Assembly: GCA_963758495.1 (NCBI GenBank) | Contig: CAVWVI010000003.1 | Location: forward strand, 1,485,440-1,549,439 | From: Oligoflexia bacterium | GTDB lineage: Bacteria; Bdellovibrionota; UBA1018 | Direction: 5' to 3' | Length of the DNA stretch: 64,000 bases | In this document: piece by piece, positions 10,724 through 21,106 of the stretch | Position numbering within the stretch: position 1 is the first letter of the stretch | Layout: every line of letters starts with the position of its first letter | The notes under the pieces: generated by a model | Told to the model about the DNA's origin: nothing | The model's input: only the letters and a program-made list of their open reading frames with translations | Databases searched by the model: none | Made by a program: the position numbers and the translations under genes

Positions 10724-12230
10724 ATGGAATCTTTAAAAATAATTCGCCCTGAATTACTGAGTTTGAGTCAAAGCCAAATTCATGCTTTAATGCCTTATTT
10801 TTGGACTTTTGGCGGTACTTTGGTGGCGGTTTTAGCAAGTGTGTCTCGATTGCTAAAACCAAAGTGGCCTGTATTTATTATTACAGTTTTAACCTGTATT
10901 GCAGGCATTTTCTTCTCGTTGGATCTGGTACCTCAAAGCCCTGTTTCACTGTTTAATGGGATGATGATTTCTGATCCTTACTCAAATATCTTCAATATCG
11001 TTTTCTTATCCTCGGTTTGTCTCACTTCTTTTTCTTCGTTACGCTATCTCGATAAGGAGAAGTTACAACATCCAGAATATTATATTTTGATGCTGTTTTC
11101 TGCATTGGGTATGATGTTGATGGTTTCCTCACTGGATCTCATTGTGATCTTTATTGCGTTAGAGCTCATGTCTCTCGCTGTTTATGTATTAGTAGGATTT
11201 CGAAGGGCCGACCGGAAATCTAATGAAGCCTCAATGAAGTACTTTATTTTAGGATCGGCAGCTTCTGCGGTCCTTCTCTATGGGGCAGCCCTTCTTTATG
11301 GGTGCAGTGGCTCTACGGGCATCAAGTCTATTTTTTCTGTAATTCAGTCTCATCCTGAAAATGTGAGCCCTGTTTTTATTTTAGGAGCAGCGTTAGTGCT
11401 TTTTGGATTTTTATTTAAGATTGCAGCGGTGCCTTTTCACATGTGGATGCCTGATGTTTATGAGGGTGCTCCTACCCCGATTACAGGATTTATGACGACT
11501 GGCTCTCAAAGCCGCTGCGATTGCTACGTTAGTTCGAGTCTTTATCGCTTTAGGGTATGGAGCGGGTCTTTCGGAGTCGTTCCAGAGTCATATTCATGAC
11601 GTATTATGGGTATGCGCTATTGCCACACTTGTAGTAGGCAATTTTGTCGCACTGACTCAAACCAATTTGAAGAGAATGTTGGCTTTTTCATCCATTGCTC
11701 ATACAGGGTATCTCTTAATCGGAATTATTTCCGGCTCAAAGAGTGAACTTGGATTTGCGCCTGTTGTTTTTTATATTATCGTTTATGCCATAATGAATTT
11801 AGGTGCTTTCGTCGTGCTCACTCTTTTGGCAGGGCGAGAAGATACTGGACTCAATCTTCATGATTTTTCAGGAATTTCACGGAGGCATCCTTGGTTAGCA
11901 TTTGCGATGGCGGTCCTTTTGCTGTCTATGGCGGGAATTCCACCGACTGCTGGGTTTACCGCTAAATATATCCTTTTTTACTCAGCTATTCAGGCAAATG
12001 AAATTATACTGGTAGTGATTGGCGTGCTTTGTAGTGCTGTTTCAGTATATTATTATCTCAGGGTCTTGGTTTACATGTACATGCGTGATCCGATTGGTAG
12101 TCCAGCAACTCTACGTGTGTCAGTTTGGTCCGGTTTCGCTTTAGCTGCAATGGTTCTATTAACTTTCCAGTTCGGTATTTTGCCAGCTTGGATAGTTGAC
12201 ATAGCAAAAAAAGCTGTGACCAGCTTGTAA
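10724..12230 (+). CDS. nuoN: NADH-quinone oxidoreductase subunit N, with one internal frame break
   Basis: MWMPDVYEGAPTPITGFMTTGS is followed, after a +1 shift near 11503-11507, by KAAAIATLVRV...KRMLAFSSIAHTGY. The ORF-track pieces are 10724-11599 and 11667-12230. Confidence 0.88.
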
Positions 12231-12265
12231 AAACAGGGATCCTGCCTCCAGGGAGGGCGGCCAGG

Positions 12266-15200
12266 ATGGAGCTGAACAAAAAGCAGACCTATAAAATTAA
12301 GTTATCATCGGGTCGAATATTAGGTCCTTTGGATCTCGAACGGATTCAGCTTCTTATTTTAAAGAATCAAATCGTAGGTACAGAGGTTGCCCGAGAATAT
12401 CCTCAAGGCGATTGGCAAAATATTAATCAAATACCCAAAATCGCTGAATTATTGATTAGCAAAATTGAAAAAGATTTAGGGCAAAGCATTCTTGATAAGC
12501 CAATCGATGCCACTCAAGGATTAAGTTTCCAAACAAAAACTGCAGTGCTACCTGGAGCAACCCAAGTCCTTACTACAAATTCATGGGGTTCTTTACCTTC
12601 CCTCGAGACGAATAGTCAATTAGATGAGCAAAAAGTCGAAGGTATTGGACCCAATTCAGAAGAAGATCAGGACAGGACACTCGTGGGGAGTTTAGAGCCT
12701 CTGTTGGAAATCATAGCTCAGCCCGAAGATCAGGAGCAAAAAACCCGTATTTCGAGTGAGAGTGCTGAAGTAGTTTTAGATCATGTAGTTTTGGAAAATA
12801 ATAGTGACAGGGATGTCTTTAAACAGGCTTTGGGGGGGGCTAATCGTCAAATCTCTCAAGAAAAGACCATTGTTTTTCAAGGGAAGCCTCGGGGTGTTGA
12901 CGGTACTGGGGCTAAGAAATCAAAAGTGAGAGAAATGGTGGTGGGGCTGATTCTCGCTCTTGTTTTAGGTACCTTGGGTTACGATCTTTTATTGCCTGAG
13001 CCGGAGAGTTCGCAAATAGTACGGATGGCTCCCATAAGACCCCAGCTTCCTGGTTATATCCAGGGGCGATCTGATCCGGCCAAAAGTGTTCAAATCTACA
13101 ATGAGGCAATGAAATTTTATGTGGCAGATACTGTGCAAGGATACAAAATCGCGGCCGATAAGCTCAGGTTATCAGCATCCTATGATATTAATAATGTGAA
13201 GTCGCTTGCCATGCTCGCATCAAGCTATTTGAATCTAATTGATTCTTCCAATAAGGATGAAAATTATTTCTCAGTTATTTCAAAATTAATTGAAATGTCC
13301 AGGGCTAAGGCTATTGATTTGGCGGAAGCTGTAGTTGCAGATGTAGAGTTTTATATCGTTGTAAACAAACCAGAAGCTGCACAAAATCGACTTGTAGAAT
13401 ACACGAAGTCTCACCAAAATTATGGACCAGAGATGTTCTATTATCTTGCGCTCACATTTTTTTCCAGGGGTGATGCAGGAAATGGAGCGAAGTATTTAGC
13501 GGATATTCCCGATAATAAAGTATATAGCTCAAAAATATTTTATTTGAGAGGAATGATAGCAGAAAATTTGAATGATTTTGATTCAGCGATGAGAGAATAT
13601 CAAAAAGCAATTAAGTTCAATCCGAGTCATGTAAAATCTCGGCTTAAATTAGCTAGTTTGATGAGTAAAAATGGCAAATTGAGTGATGCCGCTAGCCATC
13701 TTGAATTTATTCTCGGGCATCAAAATTTGATCTCTTCAAAGGAGTTGGGATTGGCTTATTATCTCTATGCTCAATTTGAAGAGATCGGTAAAAAATGGAA
13801 TTTAGCATTAGGCGATGTAGAACGCGCAGTTAAACTGGATCCTGATAACCATAATTATCTTTTGGAATTGTATACCTTGAGAGCAAAAGCGGGAGAATCC
13901 ATTCAGGCTGCTCAGAAACAGGCACGAATGTATTACTATTTAGGCGAGGGTGAGAAGCTGATTCAGCTGGGAAAATTCCAAGATGCGCTTGTCCCTCTTC
14001 TTCAAGCACGAGAGTCAAATACTGAATCCCCACTTCCTTTAGTGAAGATAGGGGATATGTTTAATTATTTGCACAATATAGAAAATGCGAGAGTGAATTA
14101 TAAACTTGCCGCAGAGCGCGCTCCGAAGGATATTCAGGTTTGGTCTAAATATATAGAAAGTCTAATTGATACTTTTGAATGGGAAGAAGCCAGTCAGGCA
14201 ATGGATAAATTTCGAAAACTTCCTGTAAGTCAAAGTTCAATTGATAAGGCAGCCGCCGATATGTATCAAAAGCAGGGTTATTTTATCGAAGCCCAGACTT
14301 TTTACAAAAAAGCTATGGCTCGTGATTCCATTGATCCAGACGTTTATATTGCCTATGCCAAGAGTCTCATGTCGATAAAAAACTTTAAAGATGCCCCCTT
14401 CTTTTTTGCGCTGGCACTTCGATTCGATCCACTCAATATAGATGCTATCATTAATACAAGCAAATGTGTCGCAGAGACTGAATCCATTGATAAAGCGATC
14501 AGTATGTTGCAAGAGGAGCTTCAGAAAGGGGCGGGCGCTCGCGCAGAGTATTTAGCGGCAATTGCGGAATTTCAGATTCAAAGGGGGGATTGGCAACAAG
14601 CCCAGCAAAACATAGATCAAGCTATGCAGGTCAATCCTGATTATGCATATACATGGAAACTCCAAGCTCAGATTTTTATGAATCAGGAACAGACTGACAA
14701 AGGGGCTTTGGATAAAGCGCAATTAGCATTCAAGTCCTATTCAGATAGAAATCCATCAGATCCGTCGGGCTATTTAGAGCGGTATAAAATTTTTATAAAA
14801 AAAGCAGATTTCGAAAAAGCGAAAGAAGAGTTAAATCGAATTTTTGCAATTTATCCAAAATATCCAAATTTGCATTTTTATTTAGGAACCTTATATTCAG
14901 TCCAAGGAAATCATAATATTGCAGCGGAAGAGTTTAAAAAAGAATTACAAAATAATTCAAATAACTTACAAACGGTTCTCTCTTATGGCAAAGAGCTTTT
15001 AGAAATGAATCATCCACAGGATGCGCTGACGCAATTCAGCAAAGCAATGCAGATTCTTCCGACTTCATCCGATGCGAAACAAAACGCGGCTTGGGCAAAT
15101 TATCGGTTAAAAAACTATCAGGCTGCAGTCATGCTTATGAAGACGGCGATTACTCTCGATGTAGCCAATCCGACGCTTTATAAACGGTTAGGTATTATCT

Positions 15201-15304
15201 ATCGGGATACGGCTGACCTTGGAAACGCTTGCGGAGCGTTTAAAAAATATCTCGAGATGGAACCTGATGCGCCGGATAAGAATGAATATCAATCTTGTTT
15301 TTGA
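12266..15304 (+). CDS. Large TPR-repeat membrane protein with an N-terminal GYF_2-like domain
   Basis: The 1012-aa ORF has three parts. The N-terminus (GRILGPLDLERIQLLILKNQIVGTEVAREYPQGDWQNI) resembles GYF_2. One TM segment follows (VVGLILALVLGTLGY). The rest is many 34-residue TPR-like repeats (AxxxYxKAxxxxP patterns). Confidence 0.75.
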   Translation: MELNKKQTYKIKLSSGRILGPLDLERIQLLILKNQIVGTEVAREYPQGDWQNINQIPKIAELLISKIEKDLGQSILDKPIDATQGLSFQTKTAVLPGATQVLTTNSWGSLPSLETNSQLDEQKVEGIGPNSEEDQDRTLVGSLEPLLEIIAQPEDQEQKTRISSESAEVVLDHVVLENNSDRDVFKQALGGANRQISQEKTIVFQGKPRGVDGTGAKKSKVREMVVGLILALVLGTLGYDLLLPEPESSQIVRMAPIRPQLPGYIQGRSDPAKSVQIYNEAMKFYVADTVQGYKIAADKLRLSASYDINNVKSLAMLASSYLNLIDSSNKDENYFSVISKLIEMSRAKAIDLAEAVVADVEFYIVVNKPEAAQNRLVEYTKSHQNYGPEMFYYLALTFFSRGDAGNGAKYLADIPDNKVYSSKIFYLRGMIAENLNDFDSAMREYQKAIKFNPSHVKSRLKLASLMSKNGKLSDAASHLEFILGHQNLISSKELGLAYYLYAQFEEIGKKWNLALGDVERAVKLDPDNHNYLLELYTLRAKAGESIQAAQKQARMYYYLGEGEKLIQLGKFQDALVPLLQARESNTESPLPLVKIGDMFNYLHNIENARVNYKLAAERAPKDIQVWSKYIESLIDTFEWEEASQAMDKFRKLPVSQSSIDKAAADMYQKQGYFIEAQTFYKKAMARDSIDPDVYIAYAKSLMSIKNFKDAPFFFALALRFDPLNIDAIINTSKCVAETESIDKAISMLQEELQKGAGARAEYLAAIAEFQIQRGDWQQAQQNIDQAMQVNPDYAYTWKLQAQIFMNQEQTDKGALDKAQLAFKSYSDRNPSDPSGYLERYKIFIKKADFEKAKEELNRIFAIYPKYPNLHFYLGTLYSVQGNHNIAAEEFKKELQNNSNNLQTVLSYGKELLEMNHPQDALTQFSKAMQILPTSSDAKQNAAWANYRLKNYQAAVMLMKTAITLDVANPTLYKRLGIIYRDTADLGNACGAFKKYLEMEPDAPDKNEYQSCF

Positions 15305-15323
15305 TAGTTTTCAGCAGACCCAA

Positions 15324-16223
15324 TTATTTAGGGAGAATGTGTTTTAGAACTTCACATTCTTCAGCAGTTTCATCTGGCGTGTTCACTTTAAGAACAAAAA
15401 GATGCACTCCTTTAGACTTTTTGAAAGTTTGAATCATATTTTTAATATTTATGGCAGAATCATCAGCAAAAAAGATACAGTCGTAGTCGAGTAATTCATG
15501 AGGATTTGATTTTTTAAGATAGTCTAAAAAAGCTTGGAATACTCTGCCTTTATTCTGTCCTGAAACTGATAATACCCCATTTGAAAAACTGAGCATTCCC
15601 TTCATATCCTCACAAGATTTTATTCTTAAAAACGTATCATCTTGGTCTGCAAGCTCAAGTTTGGGAGGGTGACTGGAGTAAAAAAAATATGGATTTTTGT
15701 GCGTCAGATTAAAGGTAAATGCCTCGGAAGCTTTAGCGGATTTTAAAGCTGAATTGAGAGCTTTATAAGTTTCTAATTGATCTTTTTTTAGAATAAAATC
15801 CTTGGCCCTATGATTTTTCTTATAATTTTCACATATTTTATAATATTTGTTCATGATTGTAGGTTGAGGCCATATAGATTCATCAAAAAGGAGAGCAGCC
15901 CTGGCGGTTAAACCTAAGGTGGTAAACCTGTGCTTTTCTAATTTTTCCCAGTAAGTGGGGCTATTTCTTATAGGTATTACGCTTCCCGGTAAAAGAGTAG
16001 TGAGGATGGTGTCATCAATATCAAAAATGGCCAGCTTATTTTTACAACTCACTTGATCTATCATTTTGATGACGTCGTCTATTTCAATATGAGGTGAATT
16101 GACACCGCATTTCAAATTGGTCGCCTTAGATCCAGAACTCCCGGATAGTGCACTTTGGGAAGTAAATAAAATAAAAATATAAAATAGGATCAAAGAAGAT
16201 TGAAATAGGCAGTTTCTAGTCAT
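15324..16223 (-). CDS. Secreted HAD-superfamily-like hydrolase
   Basis: It has an N-terminal signal-like segment (LILFYIFILFTSQSALS), the DxDxT motif FDIDDTILT, and a late acidic motif FFADDSAINI. Confidence 0.6.
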   Translation of the reverse strand: MTRNCLFQSSLILFYIFILFTSQSALSGSSGSKATNLKCGVNSPHIEIDDVIKMIDQVSCKNKLAIFDIDDTILTTLLPGSVIPIRNSPTYWEKLEKHRFTTLGLTARAALLFDESIWPQPTIMNKYYKICENYKKNHRAKDFILKKDQLETYKALNSALKSAKASEAFTFNLTHKNPYFFYSSHPPKLELADQDDTFLRIKSCEDMKGMLSFSNGVLSVSGQNKGRVFQAFLDYLKKSNPHELLDYDCIFFADDSAINIKNMIQTFKKSKGVHLFVLKVNTPDETAEECEVLKHILPK

Positions 16224-16335
16224 AGTTTATATGATAATGTATAATTTATAAAATCTATATAAATTCAAATGCTAGAATGAATTTTGCTTGCGGTTGTGCC
16301 TGGCGTTAAAAGAGAAAAAGGATTTATTTTTTTTC

Positions 16336-16827
16336 TCAAGGGGTTAGGATTGTACCAATGGGGTTTTCTAGATCCTTGGGTTCAGTCTGGGGGCTAAATC
16401 GCTCTACTACATTTCCATGGCGGTCAATTAGGAACTTAGTAAAGTTCCACTTGATTGCTTGGGTACCCAGGATTCCCTTTTTCTCATTTTTTAAATACTC
16501 GTAAAGAGGATGGGCATCAGCCCCATTTACTTCAATTTTAGAAAACATTGGAAAAGTCACGTTGTAATTCAGGCTGCAGAAATTTTTAATCTCTTCTTCA
16601 TTGCCGGGCTCTTGATTTCCGAATTGATCACAAGGGAATCCGAGGACGACTAATCCTTTGTCTTTGTTTTTTTGGTAAAGCGCTTCAAGTCCTGCATATT
16701 GATTTGTAAATCCGCATTTACTGGCCACATTTACAATCAATAAAGCCTTATTTTTATATTCAGCAAGAGTGGTTGTTTTTCCCTCAATTGTTTTTACTTG
16801 GAATGAATATAGTTTTGAGTCGTTCAT
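16336..16827 (-). CDS. gpx: Glutathione peroxidase (Cys type)
   Basis: Motifs VASKCGFT, LGFPCDQFGNQEPG and WNFTKFLI are present. Confidence 0.92.
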   Translation of the reverse strand: MNDSKLYSFQVKTIEGKTTTLAEYKNKALLIVNVASKCGFTNQYAGLEALYQKNKDKGLVVLGFPCDQFGNQEPGNEEEIKNFCSLNYNVTFPMFSKIEVNGADAHPLYEYLKNEKKGILGTQAIKWNFTKFLIDRHGNVVERFSPQTEPKDLENPIGTILTP

Positions 16828-18332
16828 TGAGTTCTTCTTTCATTTTTATATACGTCATTTTTTGGTGATGCGAGTACTACAAGCCATTTTGCAAAGGAGG
16901 TTCTAATGGACCTAATTTCAAGCGTTCTACCTTCGCAAAAGGTTGCTGGCAATGGTTTATTTTCAGAAACAATCGCCAGAGGCAGTTGACTATAATTTGG
17001 ATGGTCACAGATTGCCCAAGGATGATCCCGGCCGATCGTGCCACTTCTTCCAATAAAAAGCATCCTTTGGGGATAAGGGCCGTCGTCACTGACCAGGTGA
17101 TAGGAGTGGGGGATCAGTGCGTTAGCCTTTTCGCCCATTTTCCAAAAGTCTACGTGCCAATAATGAGAATCACGAGCCCAAGTCCATACGTTAAGTCGGA
17201 TATTATAAATGACTCCCCAAATTAAAAGGATGAATAGAAAGCGATGAAGGGCAAGATGTTTTTGGGTCCTTGCCAATACGCGGGTCATAAGTAAAAGTGA
17301 AAATAAGCAAGTGCCTATAAAATAGTAACTGTGAACCGCTATATGTGTTCCATCTAGGCAAATTGCCGCAATCAAAGCCAATAGATAAAGTAGGAGTGGA
17401 ATCCATTCTCGACTTAAGAGTGCAACTACCACCCAAATCCATCCTACAAACATAGGAAGTCCGCCTTGATTCAGTTGATCTTTCATTAAGCCGAGGACTC
17501 CAGTAAGTCCGACCTCTTTCAGTTGAGTCAGGGGGTCAAAATGAGCGAGTGCAAAAATTTGCGGACCTTGAGCAAAGCTTAAAATATTTTTTGCATGAAC
17601 GGTGTACCAGTAAGCAGGTAGTACAATGCTCATGAGCGTAGCCATTACATACCGAAGAGAATATTTACGGTTTTCTTTAATAATTAAGAGAGCAATGACA
17701 CCTGCGAGCGTAATAATCAGGGTAGGTTTTACAGCGACCCCTAGATTACAAAAGAGAATCCCTAAAAGGGATTGATTCCACTTTTGAGGAGCGCGTAGAA
17801 TAAGACAAATTCCAATGATCATTAAAGGAAAAGCCAGGCCTTCAGGCATAATAGTGTTGGTTTGCTGAGCGAGTGTGGGTGCTGCAAACCAAAGCAACAT
17901 TCCCATTTTTCCATCGATTTCCACTTTCCAAAACCGGAGCAGGCGAGGTAAATAATGGTAAGATGTATATAGATTAAGTAAGAGTATAAAAAGCGAGGAA
18001 AGAAACACACCCATCCACGGGGAGCCAAAGAGATAGAAAGGCCCCGTTATTACATTGAGGAGTGGAAATTCAGATGCATTGATTCCATCAGATAGACCTT
18101 TTTGAAGAACCTGAGGGTAGATGATAAAATCTAGTGCAGCAATACCACGTGTTTGAAGTTCTTGCGCAAACATCATCGACATTCCAATGGTGTCAGATTG
18201 TCTATAGGTGTGAGCGCCACTCGGATGAATTGAAAATCTTTGCAATGATGTTGCAACAAAAATACTGATGAGGATAATAATGATTTGTGCAAGACGCTTT
18301 GGAGAAGTCATAATATAAAAATTTTTTATCAT
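16824..18332 (-). CDS. Polytopic integral membrane protein, possibly a GT-C-type glycosyltransferase
   Basis: The 502-aa ORF has more than 10 hydrophobic segments, and its end overlaps the gpx start by 4 nt. The functional assignment is weak. Confidence 0.55.
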   Translation of the reverse strand: MIKNFYIMTSPKRLAQIIIILISIFVATSLQRFSIHPSGAHTYRQSDTIGMSMMFAQELQTRGIAALDFIIYPQVLQKGLSDGINASEFPLLNVITGPFYLFGSPWMGVFLSSLFILLLNLYTSYHYLPRLLRFWKVEIDGKMGMLLWFAAPTLAQQTNTIMPEGLAFPLMIIGICLILRAPQKWNQSLLGILFCNLGVAVKPTLIITLAGVIALLIIKENRKYSLRYVMATLMSIVLPAYWYTVHAKNILSFAQGPQIFALAHFDPLTQLKEVGLTGVLGLMKDQLNQGGLPMFVGWIWVVVALLSREWIPLLLYLLALIAAICLDGTHIAVHSYYFIGTCLFSLLLMTRVLARTQKHLALHRFLFILLIWGVIYNIRLNVWTWARDSHYWHVDFWKMGEKANALIPHSYHLVSDDGPYPQRMLFIGRSGTIGRDHPWAICDHPNYSQLPLAIVSENKPLPATFCEGRTLEIRSIRTSFAKWLVVLASPKNDVYKNERRTQ

Positions 18333-18410
18333 TTCTCAGCAGAGTAGCGGATTAATTTTAGTGAGTAAATAGTCCAACTTTGACCTATCATTGAGTCTTC
18401 AATTTAATAT

Positions 18411-18869
18411 TTGGGAGGTTTAGATTCAATGCATACACCCAGTTCTTCTGCTCCATCTGTGTCCAATCGAGTTGACAACGAAACCATACTTCTCGTTGAA
18501 GATGAAACCCAGCTTCGCGTGCTTGTCGCAAGTGGTTTGCGTCGGCATGGTTATCAGGTGCTCGAGGCCAGTCGTCCATCTGAAGCTATTTTTTTGGCTG
18601 AAACGCACCCTCTTCCCATTCATCTTCTCCTGACAGATGTGATGATGCCGGAAATGGGGGGAGCGATATTAGCTGAAAAGCTGATTACACTCCACCCCCA
18701 GATTCATGTACTCTTTATGTCGGGATATACGAACGATGCGATCCTTCAGGATGGAGTTCAGAATGCGAGTATTCCATTCATTCAAAAACCTTTTAAAATG
18801 GATAAGCTGACTCATGTCGTTCGTGAGGTCATGAACTCACCCTTACCTCATCTGCATCAGCATCTCTAG
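18411..18869 (+). CDS. Stand-alone response regulator receiver protein
   Basis: REC motifs are ILLVEDE, LLLTDVMMPEMGG, FMSGYT and IQKPF. There is no output domain. The start may be the ATG at 18429. Confidence 0.85.
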   Translation: MGGLDSMHTPSSSAPSVSNRVDNETILLVEDETQLRVLVASGLRRHGYQVLEASRPSEAIFLAETHPLPIHLLLTDVMMPEMGGAILAEKLITLHPQIHVLFMSGYTNDAILQDGVQNASIPFIQKPFKMDKLTHVVREVMNSPLPHLHQHL

Positions 18870-18882
18870 ATAGCCGCCTCGT

Positions 18883-19653
18883 TTAGTAGTCATTATACCA
18901 TTTTCGATTATACACCTGATACAAGACCATCCTCGAATCATTTGTTTGGTTTGCGCGACCTCGATGAAAAACCCGCCCATCAAAGAGCAGTACTGATCCC
19001 ACTTCTATATCGGATTGAAATCGAGGAATGTCTTTAGCTTCTTCATAGGTCAATCGATGAGAACCGGGAATAAATTCGGTAGCGCCATTATTTGCAGTCA
19101 TTTTTCCCAGAGGAATGAGTAGCGTATAGTAGAAGGGCGGCATGATTTTTACTTCGATTGAGTCATCATAACTACCAGTCAATTCTTCGCCGTTGTCAAA
19201 AAGTGGATAAATATCCCGATGCCAGAGGCCATCGTCAGACTGAGGTACTGCAGGTACGGCACCTGCGAAGGTTGTATATTGAGTTCCCAGCTTCGTTTTC
19301 ATAAGCTTCTTGATGGGTTCTGGATTTAGGAATGAGTCAGAAGCGAAAATTCCATGATTTCCATTCAGTCCAAAATCATAACGTCCTTTTGCTAACTCAA
19401 TGATGCTAGGATTTCCTTCGTGGTCATCATAATAGTATTTTCTATTATGATACACCTTATCAAAGGCAGTGATGTAGTCTCTTTGTTTTCCGGTGGAATT
19501 TTCTACCGTCACTTTCACTTTTTCAAAAGCTTTTTGGCTTTCAGCAATAAATGTTTCAATTTGTTCAGGACTAAATACATTTGGAATGACAACGACGCCT
19601 GTCTCATCTAGTGTGTTGGAATATTCGTCAATAACTTCTTCATGGAAGATCAT
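18883..19653 (-). CDS. Phytanoyl-CoA dioxygenase (PhyH) family Fe(II)/2-oxoglutarate oxygenase
   Basis: Motifs WHRD, IPGSHR and FHRGRANQT are arranged as in PhyH-like proteins. Confidence 0.7.
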   Translation of the reverse strand: MIFHEEVIDEYSNTLDETGVVVIPNVFSPEQIETFIAESQKAFEKVKVTVENSTGKQRDYITAFDKVYHNRKYYYDDHEGNPSIIELAKGRYDFGLNGNHGIFASDSFLNPEPIKKLMKTKLGTQYTTFAGAVPAVPQSDDGLWHRDIYPLFDNGEELTGSYDDSIEVKIMPPFYYTLLIPLGKMTANNGATEFIPGSHRLTYEEAKDIPRFQSDIEVGSVLLFDGRVFHRGRANQTNDSRMVLYQVYNRKWYNDY

Positions 19654-19682
19654 AATTTTTTCTCCTGGGAAATTCCCTTGTG

Positions 19683-20867
19683 TTATGAATAAGACGAGGC
19701 ACGAGTAAAGTCGGGTTGCCCTCCTGTTTTAATATATAAAAAATAGGCAAGAGGGAGGAAGAGAAGCATCATAAATCCTATGAGGAAGAGTGCTGTTTGT
19801 AAGGAAAAAAAACTTGCGAGTACACCTGCCGTAGTGTCGCTTCCCATCATGCCAATCGAGTAAGCCATATTATATATAGAATACACAGAAGCATAGGCGC
19901 TACTTCCTCGGCGATCGACTGCCGCTGCTAACTGAGTGAGCGTGGGATTCATGGCAAATCCGTAAGCCACATTGATGAGAGCAAGGAGTATTCCTGCTCC
20001 TACAATGCTCTTGGGCACTGCCAGCAGGGGTAGAATCAACGACATCAGGACAAGCCCCACAATCATGGTACGCCAAGTGCCATAACGATCGGTTACGGCC
20101 CCTGCCACAGGGCAACTGATGCCATAAATAATTGTGCCTAGTGTAAAAATGATTCCCACAGAAGTGGGGGATTCGTCAGCCGAATATTTAAGATGATGAG
20201 GAAGAAGTGCTTCAAGAACACTCCAGCACCACGCACCGAGAACAACGACGGCACTGGCTGCTAGAACTGTGCGATCACGTAACAGAAGGCCGAGTTCAGA
20301 TGGGTTTGTATGGTTTTTCGGGAGATCGACTATGAGTCCCCAACGTAATATTCCATCAAATATTAAAAGCAGACCTGCTATCCAAAAAGGAAATCTGTAA
20401 CCATACCAATCGAAAAGAAACCCACCCATGAGGGGGCCAAGTACCAAACCACAAGTATTTCCCAGCATCACTATGCCCATCATCCGGGCACGATTTTTGT
20501 GAAACCTCTCAGCCACCAAGGCTAATCCCGTTGTCCATGTAGCAGCAGCAGCAGCTCCTTGTGCCATTCGAGCCAAAAGGATCTCAGGAAAGTAGGTCGC
20601 GGTAGCAAAAGTAAAAACAGCTAAAATTTGAACCCCTACTCCAACAAGCATAGGTTTGCGGCGTCCAATGCGGTCAGAAAGAATCCCAAAAAGGGGTGTC
20701 GCAATCATCACGCCAAGCGCATAGCCCCCATACATCATTCCTAGCATCCAGGGTTCATTGATTTTGGCTGGTGAATTGGGCGTCAGAGGGATAACCAGGC
20801 CATAAAGAAGCCCATCCGTGAAGAGCGCCATTGTGACCATAATCATGGTCATTTGAGAAAATTGCAC
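19683..20867 (-). CDS. MFS transporter
   Basis: There are about 12 TM segments. The MFS motif A is GILSDRIGRRKPML. Confidence 0.88.
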   Translation of the reverse strand: MQFSQMTMIMVTMALFTDGLLYGLVIPLTPNSPAKINEPWMLGMMYGGYALGVMIATPLFGILSDRIGRRKPMLVGVGVQILAVFTFATATYFPEILLARMAQGAAAAATWTTGLALVAERFHKNRARMMGIVMLGNTCGLVLGPLMGGFLFDWYGYRFPFWIAGLLLIFDGILRWGLIVDLPKNHTNPSELGLLLRDRTVLAASAVVVLGAWCWSVLEALLPHHLKYSADESPTSVGIIFTLGTIIYGISCPVAGAVTDRYGTWRTMIVGLVLMSLILPLLAVPKSIVGAGILLALINVAYGFAMNPTLTQLAAAVDRRGSSAYASVYSIYNMAYSIGMMGSDTTAGVLASFFSLQTALFLIGFMMLLFLPLAYFLYIKTGGQPDFTRASSYS

Positions 20868-20954
20868 TATCCCACACCCCCAAGTCCCCGAGGTGGATCT
20901 AGTTCATTTTTTGTTATTCTGTCAATGAGTAATTGGGTCTTTGATGGATTTGTA

Positions 20955-21044
20955 TGGCGGAGAGAGAGGGGTTCGAACCCCCGGTGGGGTTGCCCCCACA
21001 TCGGTTTTCAAAACCGACGCTTTCGACCACTCAGCCATCTCTCC
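20955..21044 (-). tRNA. tRNA-Ser (anticodon UGA)
   Basis: The reverse complement folds as a cloverleaf. The acceptor is GGAGAGA/TCTCTCC followed by G and CCA. The anticodon loop is TTTGAAA, and there is a long variable arm. The T-arm is GGGGGTTCGAACCCC. Confidence 0.93.
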
Positions 21045-21106
21045 GTAGTAGTCGGACTTAGATGTTATCTTTACACGGGAAAAGAAGAGTTTGCAGCAGA
21101 GAAATC

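Noticed and set aside
1233-12279. Many 60-110 aa ORFs antisense or out of frame within the nuo genes, for example 1233-1481, 2031-2360, 3297-3563, 6835-7119, 7843-8103 and 12058-12279.
   Set aside because: They lie entirely inside strongly supported nuo coding regions. They have no recognisable motifs and their compositions mirror the sense frame, so they are treated as shadow ORFs.
20955-21044. The possibility that the long-arm tRNA is tRNA-Sec.
   Set aside because: The anticodon loop reads TTTGAAA, giving anticodon UGA (Ser), not UCA. The neighbouring glutathione peroxidase uses Cys (VASKCGFT) with no in-frame TGA.
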